Made by a program: the position numbers and the translations under genes. Below, piece after piece: positions 1 to 13,516 of a stretch of 64,000 nucleotides of DNA. This DNA is from Chrysomallon squamiferum. Taxonomy: Eukaryota; Animalia; Mollusca. The notes beneath the pieces were generated by a model that worked only from the letters and a program-made list of their open reading frames with translations, had not been told where the DNA came from and ran no database searches. Location of the stretch: contig CM022667.1 of the NCBI GenBank assembly GCA_012295275.1, positions 10,044,001-10,108,000 on the forward strand. Reading direction: 5' to 3'. Each line of letters opens with the position of its first letter. Position 1 is the stretch's first letter.

Positions 1-207
1 TTTTTTTTTTTTTTTTGAAAATTGAAACGTGTGTTTGTTTTGTTACTTCTATTGTTGTTGTTTTTGTTTTTTGTTCTTTAACAGTAAAAATGTAGTAATT
101 GCTAAGCTGAAAAAACAGTTACTTAAAATATTTTTGTGTTTATTTCAAGTAAGTGTTTTATTTATTTGTTGCTAAAATGCACTTGCGAAAGGTGCTAACA
201 AACATCT

Positions 208-240
<33 letters not shown>

Positions 241-587
241 TCTTTTAAAAAGAATTGTCAGTTATATTTCTTAAATTTCTTTTTTAAATGCTAGAAACAA
301 CCTGTTCTATAATAAAACAATGAAATATACAACTTCCTGAATACTTCCCAGCAATAATTATTTATAATCCAACCTTTGTTCATAATAAAGTCTGACTATA
401 GTATGATACACATCCATTTTGTCTATTTTTTTAGTCTTGGACAGCAAATTAAACACTTGAAGTGAAAATCTGGAAGTCACAGATAAAAAAAGAATAGAAA
501 AGAAGAATGACGAGGCAAAAAGGAAAGAAAACAGACCAAATAAAAAGAAAAAGAGAACAGTCATTCTAACGAAAACTCTGAACAGAC

Positions 588-3075
588 CTGACACACTACA
601 TGATAACTTGCTTTCTGTGGCTTCCATCCCGGTCTCTATGGAGCCCTCCATGATGGACGATGAGTCAAGATCTTGGCCTTGGGTCAGATCTGGCTCAGAC
701 AAATGAGATGGAAAGATGGATTCATCATCTTGAGACTGGAGATAGTCGTACTCAACTCCTTCCTGTAGGGGGAAAAAAATATATATAATACAATATTTTA
801 AACAACCTCTCAAAACAGCTGTTAAAACATTATACATTTCAAATAATTCTTCACACTGTCATTAAAATAATATATATAATTTTATAAAAAATCTGACATA
901 CAATCATTAAACAACATTACAAACAACCTGTCACACAATCATTTGAACAATACAGGATTTTGAACAATTATTCATGTACTCGTGTTAAAACAATATACAC
1001 CGTTTTAAACAATTCCCCACAATGTTGTTAAAACAATACACATTTTCACACCATTTAGTTATTAAAATAGCATAGATTTAAAATAGGCACCTGAACAGCC
1101 ATTAAAACAATATAAAACATTTTAAACAACACCATCAGCGAAATATGTATATTATAAGTGTGGTGTATTGTAAATGATAAAAAAGAGTCAATTTAAGGAA
1201 ATATGAATATTAATATTAATATTAATCAAAACAACAATAACAATAATGATAGTAGCAATAATAATAAAAACATTTTTCATTCTTATGGTTGGAATTTTGT
1301 TTTTTATCTGACACTTTCAGTCTGATAAATGTTTACTAGCATTTCATAGTCCAAAATGCTGGTTTAATAAGAAACAAAACATTTCATTTCCTTTTATTAT
1401 CATAAATATATGTGCAAGATGACAACAACACCTCACACAAAAAAATTGAAAAAAATCAATGAAATTTCCAAAGCAGAGAAATAGATACCAGTACAGATTA
1501 AAAGTTAACAACAATGACAACAGCAACAACAAAATAACAAAAACAGCTTCAAAAAATTCAAAAGAACATTCAACAGTAATTTTATGTCTATGAGTGATGG
1601 AATAAACAATTCTGAACTTTTCTAAATCGAATTTTTTTTATTTTTTAATTCTCATTACAAATCTTTGCTAACAATAAAGTATAGCAGTATTATAACAAGC
1701 TTATGAAAGTGTATGGACATTTTATTTTGACAACATAATTTATTGTACTTAATGCATGCAAATATCGAAGAAAGACTGAGTATACCCCAAATATTTTAGC
1801 TACATTACTGAGTGTGTCAGTGTTGGAGATTATACAAAAAATATAAAAGAAAAACTGCAGACCTACAGACATGAAGCTGTCTGTGCGAATTAAAAAATAA
1901 ACAAGGTAACAAATGTCATACCATTTGTTTTACAAGATGCAGACCACTCAAATATATCAAAAAATATCTATTTAATTCAGGATAATTTCTTATCTTTTGG
2001 ATAATAAAATTATTTCAATATAACAAAAAATTAATAGCATTTGAATTTTGTTAAATAAATATTTTAACAATAATAATCTAACATTTAAAAAAAAAAAATA
2101 AAAAGAAGAAGATGATGATAATTACAAAACTGAATATTTAATACTAATATTATTTAACAGTAATAATATTATTGACATTTATTCAGTTATTTGAGAAATT
2201 AAGTTAGGAAAGAATGTAAATATATTAGACTTCTGTATGTTTTATATTTATTGATTTTATGAAGACAATAAAAAAGATATTTCACCACTCTCACAAGCAA
2301 AACTTTTCTTAGCAATGGATTTTTGTAAGCATGCACTTTCCCTTAAACAGGAGAACACAGACCACATGTTTGATACATCAATTTGGGAATGCTGGCTGGA
2401 ACAGGAAATAGACCAATAATATTATCCAAGTTAGATTTGGCAACTTACAACTCCTTATTATAGATTTATATTCAAAATAAAACTAAATTTGATTTTAAAA
2501 CTGATTAATAAAATAATTTTAGAATTGGTGAAAAACTATAAAAATGCATGCCAAGTATTATAATAAAAAATAGAAAATTAATTTAAAATACATGCTAAAA
2601 TATTTATGGAATTAAAAAAAAAAAATTAAAATTAAAAAGTAATGTGACTTTAACTAAACAAGACACAATAAAAATGACACAAATTAAGGTTCAGTTTAAG
2701 AGAGAAAATGAGGATTTTTGAAAACAAACCAAGAAAAACAGAAGACATGCAAATGTTTGAAGACTGTTCAAATAAATTGCAAATGCAAACGTAACCAAAA
2801 CCTGCAAAAAGAGAATGTTCAAGAACGTGAAAAATCAGCATGAACAGAAAAGCATATTATCAGCAACAACTTACCCATGTAATGAAGTATCTAGGTTTGT
2901 GGGGATTGGGTGGCTGAAAATCATTTATAGAATAGTAAATAAAAAATACCTGTAACAATAATAATAATAATAATAAATAATAATAATAATAATAATAATG
3001 ATAAATAAAATAAAATAATAATAATAATAATAATAATAATAAGTAATAATGATAATAATAATAATAATAATAATG

Positions 3076-3139
<64 letters not shown>

Positions 3140-5266
3140 CAAAGATGTATGAAAACCCAAATATAACTAAATTATATCCAGTTCAAAAACCAAATTAATT
3201 ATGCTTTAATAACGTCAATAAATCAATAATTAGTAACAGCTGTCATAACATTAAGTACATACACAACTTCAAACTGACATAAAATATTTACACAATTCAC
3301 CACCAGACAGTAAGATAAATGCATAAGATACAGAAAATAATTTTTTTAAATATCTATATATTAATTTTAACAACAATCTGTAGTAAGATTATCGTGTTAC
3401 CAATTATTTATGTATAAAAACACTAAAAAATAAAAATAATAATCAAACTTAAAAAAATAAAATAATATTAAATAATATAAAATCAATGTTAAATAATAAA
3501 TAAATGACTGAATTTTTTTTTTTTTTAAAATTAAATTACATTAAGCCAATTGTGCAGTTTTGTTATGATAAAAAAACAATATATATATATATTTCTGAAT
3601 GCTATATTTTAATATTTAGAAATACGAATTCCTAATACTGGTACACAACTGATTACTCTTTCACACTAAATAAAATTTCAACTGGGCATTTGAAACTGTT
3701 TTTTTAATTAATATTTTGATGCAGCCTGTACTTATGAACTTGTACCAACATGCATGCTACTATATTTAATTTAATATTGTACTAATATACACTTCTAGCA
3801 CTGTTTGGTATTTTTGAGACATGGAGAATAAATATTGTTGCTCAGAGATATATTATTGAATTATTATTATTTCTGGTTTAGGCAAACTGATAATCAGGAA
3901 AGACTGAGGAATCAAGGGTACCAGAAAATTGGTGATATACTTGTGTATGTATAAATATATATAAAATCTAGCTAACTCATTGGTTATCTCACTGACTGAC
4001 TAATATAGCTCAAAATGGAAAGGATTTCAACAGGCTTGATAATAATGACAGACATGAAAACTACTAATGGCTAATCAACATTTTGTGATTCAAAACCAGT
4101 AACTGCTAATCAATTATCAATAGGCAACATTTTGTGATTCAAATCCAGAAATTACTAATCAATTAACAGGGAACATTTTTTTATATTCAAAACCAGTAAC
4201 TGATAATCAGATATCAATAGGGAACATTTTGTGATTCAAAACCAGTAACTGCTGAACAATTTTCAACATGACATCATCACTAATCAAAACACTGAAAATA
4301 AAATGTTCCCTGAAATTCATTTCACCTCAAGTTATGTTTTAACACTGAGTTACTGTTCTCAATTTTCATTATTAAGAACAAAGAACAAAACCCAGAAATG
4401 CTGTACAATATTATTTGTATAAGTTGAAATGGAAACCAAGATAGATACAGTTAAATCTTTATCTTAACATACAAACACATATGGTAAGCACACACTGAGA
4501 ACTGGTTTATTTTCTGACTAAAATTTGCTGGCAACCTCAAGAGATAATTGTGTATGCATGTATGTCAGTGCTCAAAGCACCACACCAAAATTTAGATGTT
4601 CTGTCAAGCATGAAAAGTTCCATAAATAACCCATAAATAAAAATTAAAAAATTACCAATAACAAAAATTAATTTTTTTTTAATCTTTATTATAAACTATA
4701 ACTAATCTAAATGTGACTTTTTGTTTGAATTTTTTAAATTTTTTAATTTGTTTACCTGGATTTCTTGGGGTTGTGGTAGGAACTGACTCCATGGGTCAGG
4801 TAATGATGTCTCAGTTTTCATGTTTTCGACAGTCTGCAGTGATCGTGAATTGATCTGTAGTAAGTGACAGCAGTGAGGCTTGAAAGTCGACTTCATGCTC
4901 TGGTACACAGCCTCAGCCCTTCAAAAAAAAAATAAAAATAAAAATAAAAATAAATAAATATATATATATTAAAAAACATTAAACAAAATTAATGAATTAT
5001 TCAGTCAATGTTTAAAGTAACATTTTTATCTCAGCACTAGTGTCTGTTTCTGTAAAAAAAATATATTTTTTGAAAAGTTCCGTAAATAAATCTCTGTGTC
5101 ACTGTATCAAGGTTAAAATGAACAGCCATGATTCCAAATATACCAAACATTCTATTTAAAAATATTATATATATATATATATATATAAAGAAAAAAATAA
5201 TAAAAAAATAACCCCCNAAAAACAACAACTGCAACAAAAAATAATAATAATAATAACAATTAGGAA

Positions 5267-5337
<71 letters not shown>

Positions 5338-7918
5338 TATACCTGGTCTGTTCTCCCTCCACCACATCATGAAGTAAAACATAATAATTCAGAATCCCTG
5401 GGCAAAACCACCTTGGCACTTTGTTTGGAAACTGCTGCTGTTGCTGCAGTTGCTGACTCTGCAGATTGTTGAAGACATTGATAGGATCAGGATTGCTTGA
5501 AGACACAACGAAAGCACCTTGACGCAAGTTAAGGATTAATTAATTTTAGAAAATGTTTAAAGTTTTTATGTAGAACTGTAATGGGTGTATAAAAGTATCA
5601 AAATATTAAAGAAGACTATATATGATGTCAGAATGGTAAAGAAAAGAAGAAGTTAATGAAAGCATCACATTTTACTACATGCAACTGTAATTAATATTAC
5701 ATATCTAATTTTTTTTGTGTGAAAATTACATTCCTGAAGGACCAATGAATGAATTTTAGCCACATTCTGGCCCAGAAAACAAATTGAAAAATTATCAATT
5801 ATCGTATTGTCAAATGACAAATGTATAAAATTCGAGGAAGAATGTTTTTAAACAAATAGCTAATTAAATCACACTGGGGTCTGTTTAATGTCTACTTTTT
5901 AAATTACAGTAGCCTTTAAGAAAACTCTTATAACTACTCCATCTCAAGTCCTTTTAATTTCAACAGTTATTTTTTTATTTATTATTATTTTTTATTATCA
6001 TGTAATATGTTAAAGCAAATTTGCTCATTAAATGTGGAAAGTAACAACACAGCTTTTGATAAACCTGGGATGAGACCCGGTCTGGAATGGGAAATAGGAA
6101 TATTTAAAAACAAAGGATACATGCTAAACAGTGACTCAAGTACTCGTGGTCAGATGGTGTTATGACATCAAGGAAACATTCTCTGTAAGCTTCAAACCAA
6201 GGCGTTGATTCTGAAAATTATAAAATAAAAATAAATTTAAAAATAACAGTAATAATAATAATAATGTGGTTTTTTTTCTCTTTTTAAATTTTATTTTTTT
6301 AGAAATTGTTTTCTGTCCACTAGTTGGAAAATAATACTACAACATTTTTATATTATGACAACGAAACATTATTGTAACAAGATACAAATAATATGAATTT
6401 ATAATCATTATCAACAAATATATAGTTGCTCACAATAAAAGAAAGATAACATACGCACACCCCATTTTGTTTTCAAAATAGTCATTAGCAATAATCACTA
6501 AAATTTTGGATAGTGGAAATGTGTGATAAATTTTAGAACTGTAGACACACTACACATACAAACAACATCCAAACCCAAACCCATACCCACAAACACACAT
6601 AGATAGATAGACATAAAACTATAAATATAAATATAAATATAAATATAAATATAAATATAAATATAAATATAAAAATAAATATAAACATAAACATATATAT
6701 AAATATAAATATAAAAACTGAGTCAGAAAGAGATATATATATATTATTACCATGTAGCTGGAGATCGTAACTGCCAACTGTTTTCACATTACACCTGCCA
6801 GCTTCTCCGGTCTGTAACTGTGCACCAGACACAGCGTCATTGAGCATCTTACGAATGTCTGCTTGCTGCGGTGGTGTACTCGACATATCACAGACTTTGA
6901 TTCGCAGTGAATGTACTGTATGAGGAGCATTGTTGGGATCTCGAATATGAACTGAAAATTAAAATGTAAATTTCATCTGTTATTCTAAGTCTTAATACAT
7001 TATAAAGATAGTTTTTGTTGTGTGTGTGTGTGTGTGTTTGTGTGCATGTGTGAGGGTGTGTGCTTTTAATTAGGTTCAAAATAATTTCAATCATGATTTA
7101 GCTATTTATTGCAAAAGACGATCAGCCTGAGCCCCTTTTTAGCATGGCTAATAAATCATCTTTTTCTTTTAAATTATTATTGTTTGTTATTGTTCCATTT
7201 CAAGGGAGTTAAGTAGCAAAATCAGATTAGATGAAGTTAAACCTAATTCAGGTCATGATGAAGACATGAAATAGAAATTACTAGCTATCCAAAATATTTA
7301 AATTATTAATGTTACCTCTTTACACTTTCATAGCAGCAATAAATTTTGATAATAATATGATGGAAATGCTTTAATTAAATCCTAAATTTAAACTGCATGT
7401 TGGCAGTTAACCAAATAATAAATATTACATTACTCAATTTACTGTCTTCATTTCGTGTTTACATTTTATTCCATAAACAAAAAACTAGAAAATGTTAATT
7501 CATGTACAATGATTGTTTACTTTATTGTTTTGTTTGTTTTTATTATGTTAAGCATTGTGTTAAAAAATAATAACAAAAGATTAATACGTAAAATGAACAT
7601 AAAAACACGATTCCAAATATATTAATATGATTGGTAAACTATAATTTGATTAAATATTGTTTACGTTTGTAACACTAACTTAATCCGACTAAAAGGCAAT
7701 TTAATTATATTTTTAACATATAAGTATTAAGTAAGTAACACGAATGTAAGAAAATGGATACCTTCAGTGCCTAAGCGACAAAAGGGTTGGATAAGCTGAG
7801 CAAATGTCAGATTATTCTTTTTACATAAAACTTCAGCGTCTGCACTACACAACACCGCAATATGTGGACTAAAAGCATTCTGAATAAATTCTGGAGCTGA
7901 CTGTTTGCACTGCGCCAT
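588..7918 (-). CDS. TRAPPC8: Trafficking protein particle complex subunit 8 (TRAPPIII subunit, Trs85 homolog), 5' part; gene continues beyond the left edge
   Basis: Exons 7918-7762, 6951-6751, 6210-6121, 5517-5343, 4918-4756, optional 2913-2875, and 762-588 (the donor at 587 is less certain). Frame is consistent. Protein MAQCKQSAPEFIQNAFSPHIAVLCS...LTFAQLIQPF...STPWFEAYRECF...DHEYLSHCLAC...CHLLQINSR matches the TRAPPC8 N-terminus. Confidence 0.93.
2275..2420 (-). mobile_element. Degenerate SINE fragment, same family as 40923-41130
   Basis: Reverse complement reads TTGGTCTATTTCCTGTTCCAGCCAGCA...GTGCATGCTTACAAAAATCCATTGCT. This resembles the segments at 40923-41130, 21060-21140 and 56840-56940. 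Confidence 0.5.
2957..3137. repeat. (AAT)n microsatellite
   Basis: Direct reading; source of the spurious poly-L/I ORF 2921-3160. Confidence 0.95.
4077..4262. repeat. ~49-bp minisatellite, about 4 degenerate copies
   Basis: AACATTTTGTGATTCAAAACCAGTAACTGCTAATCAATTATCAATAGG repeated in tandem. Confidence 0.85.
5240..5333. repeat. (AAT)n microsatellite
   Basis: Direct reading. Confidence 0.95.
5518..6120 (-). other. U12-type (minor spliceosome) GT-AG intron in TRAPPC8
   Basis: Donor GTATCCTTT at 6120-6112. Branch site TCCTTAAC at 5535-5528, about 10 nt before the AAG acceptor. No polypyrimidine tract. Frame closes (LA-C-AFVV). Confidence 0.9.
6620..6716. repeat. (ATAAAT)n hexanucleotide repeat
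   Basis: Direct reading. Confidence 0.9.
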
Positions 7919-8263
7919 TGCTCCGTTGTTGTGTTATTTTCCGTTCATTGTATACCAGGGAATCATTTACGCAAATTTATTCTCCGATGTGTCGTGTTGT
8001 CCTCCATTTTCTTGGGAAACACCACTTCCGGATGATTAAAAGGGAGATCATTCTAACCTGAATTACCAAATAACATTTTACATCACGTTATATTAATACA
8101 TCATACATGTTTCAGCAGCGATTGGCCTGGACGTTTGCTTCCTTATATGAACAAATAATTAATCTGTTTATGTGTAACTGATACTTGTTTTGCTTCGTAT
8201 TATAATAAGCTCTGAAATTTCCTAAAGGCTGCTTAACTATGAAATAAACATCTACGATAATTT

Positions 8264-8325
<62 letters not shown>

Positions 8326-8615
8326 AATTTGTTTTGTTACTAATTTAATTCTAAACATATTTGTATATTCAGACTTAATTGTTATTTATTTATTTCTCTT
8401 GCAATATAATGTATTATGCTTCAAACGGTTCCTGTCAGTTATTCCTTTTATTTATTTATTTAGTTATTTATTATTTCATTACCACATGAATATTCCATAA
8501 TTTATATTATAATAATAATTCTAAAATTTTATCAAAATAATTTCAACGTAAATATTTTAAATTCGTACGGTATTTTTAACTGGATTATGTTAGTAACCAA
8601 GTATAAATATTTGAC

Positions 8616-8666
<51 letters not shown>

Positions 8667-8830
8667 CTTAAACAGCTGATTTATTTCTAAAACTAATATT
8701 TATCATGTGTTATAACGATCATTAGAATAATAAAATGAGCTAGCTATCTTGTTACTTTCGCAAGCTGTCAATAAATGTGGCGTGAGACCGTTTGGCAGAG
8801 TTACGTTCCTGTTATTGTGGTACGTATAGC
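7919..8830. promoter_or_regulatory. Divergent TRAPPC8/TRIQK promoter region
   Basis: Head-to-head genes. ETS-type CACTTCCGG at 8023-8031. YY1-like AAAATGGAGG on the - strand at 8010-8001. CpG-richer patch at 8755-8825 ending in a donor-like G|GTACGT (candidate non-coding first exon of TRIQK). Confidence 0.55.
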
Positions 8831-9162
8831 TTTTGACAGTAGATGATAGCTGTGGGTAAATTTTTGTTTTCAGAAACTAATGTTTTAATTGTTACTTTGC
8901 AAATCCATGCATAAAGTAAACCTGCATAATACTGATAATCTTAAATTACACTGTTAAATTTTATGATGATTTTAATTTTAAAATGCTAAAACATAGCTGC
9001 TACCGTAAACAACCAAAAATGTGATAATAATAATATTAATAAAAATAACAAATGCCAATAAAGTAAACAAAAAAATATTTGATGATCAAATAATGCGATA
9101 TTTATATAACACTGATATGCATGTAGTATAAAGAAGAATGAAAGTCAAAAACTTTTATGCAC

Positions 9163-9218
<56 letters not shown>

Positions 9219-9991
9219 GATAATAAGATGCATAATGAAGTAAAAGAAAAAAGAAAAAAAAAAAAAGAAAAAAAAAAAAGATATAACCGAACACCTGCAA
9301 ACTGAGGTTTACAGGAAAATAATTATGTAGCAGCATTACAGTATTAATCGCTGAATCATCACGAAGCAGCTTTTGTTTGAGTATTTGACGGCTGTAACAT
9401 TTGTTTGGGATGAATGAAATGAGTAAATATTTGAATGTTCGAAATGGCTAAACGAATAATTATTAGTCAGTAACCCATATCTACATCATAAAATATCAAG
9501 AGAGAGAGAGAGAGAGAGAGATATATATGTTGTTTCACAGTCAGTTGTTCATGCAATTTATATTGTTATATTGCTATATAGTTTACTAAAATACCAAAAC
9601 TAAGCAGTGATTTAAATATATTTTTTCTTGTAATATATTAATATAATTTAAAGTGTAGCATTAGGCATATTATTAACACCATGTATTCTAGTAATTGCCA
9701 CCCTTTTCTGACATTTATTTTCACTAATTTAGTTATATTATTATTATCATTATTATTACTATTTATATTACTATTACTATCTCTAGTACTGTTATTATTA
9801 TTATTATCATCACAGGTATCATTATTTACCATATAATATTATTCATATCACAACTGCTATTACTACCACATCATTGACATCATTGTCATTACATTTTCAG
9901 GATGCAGTTGATTAAGAATGTAAGAAACCATATAAAAAAAACCATAGACATTTCCGTCCTGCAGAGGGAATTACATCTGGACAGACAAAAA

Positions 9992-11003
<1,012 letters not shown>

Positions 11004-11735
11004 TAATGTGCAATAAGCTTTATTTCTGTGTTCATGCTGGGTTTTGGTTTTTTTTCTAAATGTCTCAGAACCTTCAACGAGTACTTAAATCCCACGAAAT
11101 ATTTACCTCTTTTACAAGAAATTAAAATAATGATAATATTGTAAATATTCTTCAACGATAGATGTAAAATAAAATGCTTTACAATAAAATGAAATGTGAG
11201 CAAGAAAATATTGCAATTAATTACTAGAAAAGAACAAAAAAGACTCAGGATATAAATAAGTTCGCAAAGATTATCTTTCTTTTATTTATATTTATTTGTA
11301 TAATCTTTCTTTATACAAACATAAAAGAGAAAATTTCAGACTTCTCTTTCTCGAGAGTTTCAACATTTTAATGCCTTACTTTATTATTTTCAAAGATTGA
11401 CTGCTAGTAAAAATCACTAGAAAAAATATTAAAGTTATTTGTATATTTTACCAAATATTTAAATATTTTTTAGTTTTTTTATTATTCTTTCAGTAAAAGT
11501 ATCTATCAGTATATGATTAAAAATAAATGTAAATATTTGAATGGTTTTATATAAAAGGTACATTGGTGAAATTAAATATTTATTAATTATTAAAATAATT
11601 CACCCATAATTATGGACAAGAAACAAAAAAAATGAAAATAAATATTTGTTCTAAATTTTGAAAAAGGAATTTCACTATCATTGTCTCAGAATTAGTCAGG
11701 TAAATATCTTTTAGTGCTTGGGTTTTAGTTTGTTA

Positions 11736-11761
11736 ATTATTATTATTGTTTGTTATTATTG

Positions 11762-11823
<62 letters not shown>

Positions 11824-11838
11824 GTTATCATTATTATG
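11736..11838. repeat. (ATT)n microsatellite
   Basis: Direct reading. Confidence 0.9.
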
Positions 11839-13516
11839 ATTTGTTTTGTTTTTAAATTAATTTTAATAGAATTCCATTAATTCTCCACTACTTGTGACTA
11901 TTAAATTTTTTTTTTTTTTTTATTAATTTAATAATTTGTAAAAATTAAATTTTTAGTGTATTTTGGGGAACCAGATGGTGATAAAATATTTAATTTCTGT
12001 TACCACTTTTGCTCAGTTTTTTTTTCTAATACACTTAAAACTGCTCTTTGAATCTGTTATCTACAAAATATTTTTCTGAGTGAATTCTTGAGAAAAATAA
12101 GAATCTTTTAGTGCCCTTCAGATAGAAATTATTTAAATTTTTTATTATTATTATTACGTTTTTTTTATTAAAAGACATTCCAAAGTGTTTTCAGAACATT
12201 GTCTTACTTTGTTCAGACACATTTCATGTTAATCATTTTAATTATATGCAAATGCATAATGCAGCTACTGATGAATTACTATGCATAATTAATAATGTTT
12301 ATAAGGCATAATATAATAATTAAATGTTTACATTTTGTTGAAATTCTCAGGTTGAAGAATGCAGTGTTCAGATCATGCAATCATGTATTTATTTTAATGG
12401 CCGAATAGATAAGATGAAGACCTGTAAAATCCGCAACGAAATGTTTTTGTTTTCACATTAATTTGAAATACAGTAATTTTGAAATCTAGCTGTAGTTATA
12501 TTTTTGATTTACAAGTTTTAGCTAAAGTTTATATACAACAAAAGCCGTAGCAGGTTTCATATCTTTTATTTATTTATTTGTTTGTTGTTGTTTTTTTCTG
12601 AAAATATATATTATTTTTATTAAATATTCATTTGTGTTAAACAATGTGGAATTTTTTTTTAAAGTTTTTGAAAACATTTCTTATTTATTCAGAAGTACTT
12701 TCATCATAAACATTAGTTCAAATAAAGGTTAATGTAATTTCCTCTGTTACACTTAACAATATTATATGTTAAAAAACATGATAAAAGTTTTAATACATGT
12801 ACTTACAGATGAACACGTACAACGAAATAAAAGTTGTCATTACAGGTGTATTTGTTATTATTTTTTAACTGAAATACTAAGTGGATAAGAAATTAGTCTT
12901 TATTGTCTTTAGTGGATACAATTTACTATTTACAACAAAATAGTTTGTGAGTGTGAAATAATTGTGAAATAATTGTGAAAAAAGTGGAAAGGCTCCAGGC
13001 ATGTGATATGATTGTTGTATTAATATAAAACTTTATTATTAGCCAAGGTTGGTGCTGAAGGACAACACTGAATTTTGTGGGGTTGTTGGTATTTGCACAT
13101 ATATATATATATATATATATATTTATATTTAAAGTTTTATTTCTTGACATTCTATGAGTGAAGATGAAATTTGTTTCCTTTATAAAACCTCACTTAAAAT
13201 CTAATATTTAAATGAAAAAAGGTATACAGGTATTTAATGTTTTGTTTCTGAAAATTAAATGAAGGCATATTATTTACGAAAAATTGACTGCTATTAGAAT
13301 TTACTGTTTTATAATGATCCAGTCTAAATATGTTGGAATCATGGATAGGCGAACTGTATTAAATGGGTGAAAACATTATTTTTCAATTAATAAATAACAG
13401 TACAAACAGTATCCAAACAACATTTTATTAATACTTTAATATGTAAGAATATACACAAATATCACAAATTTATTCTTCTTTATTGAAAAAGAACTGCATG
13501 GAAGACCTTTTTCTGG

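Noticed and set aside
2921-3160. Hydrophobic or dipeptide-repeat ORFs (also 5037-5237, 10633-10914, 45381-45689, 62303-62518)
   Set aside because: Translations of (AAT)n, (CT)n and (CA)n microsatellites.
5217-5217. Single N base
   Set aside because: Assembly ambiguity in low-complexity intron sequence.
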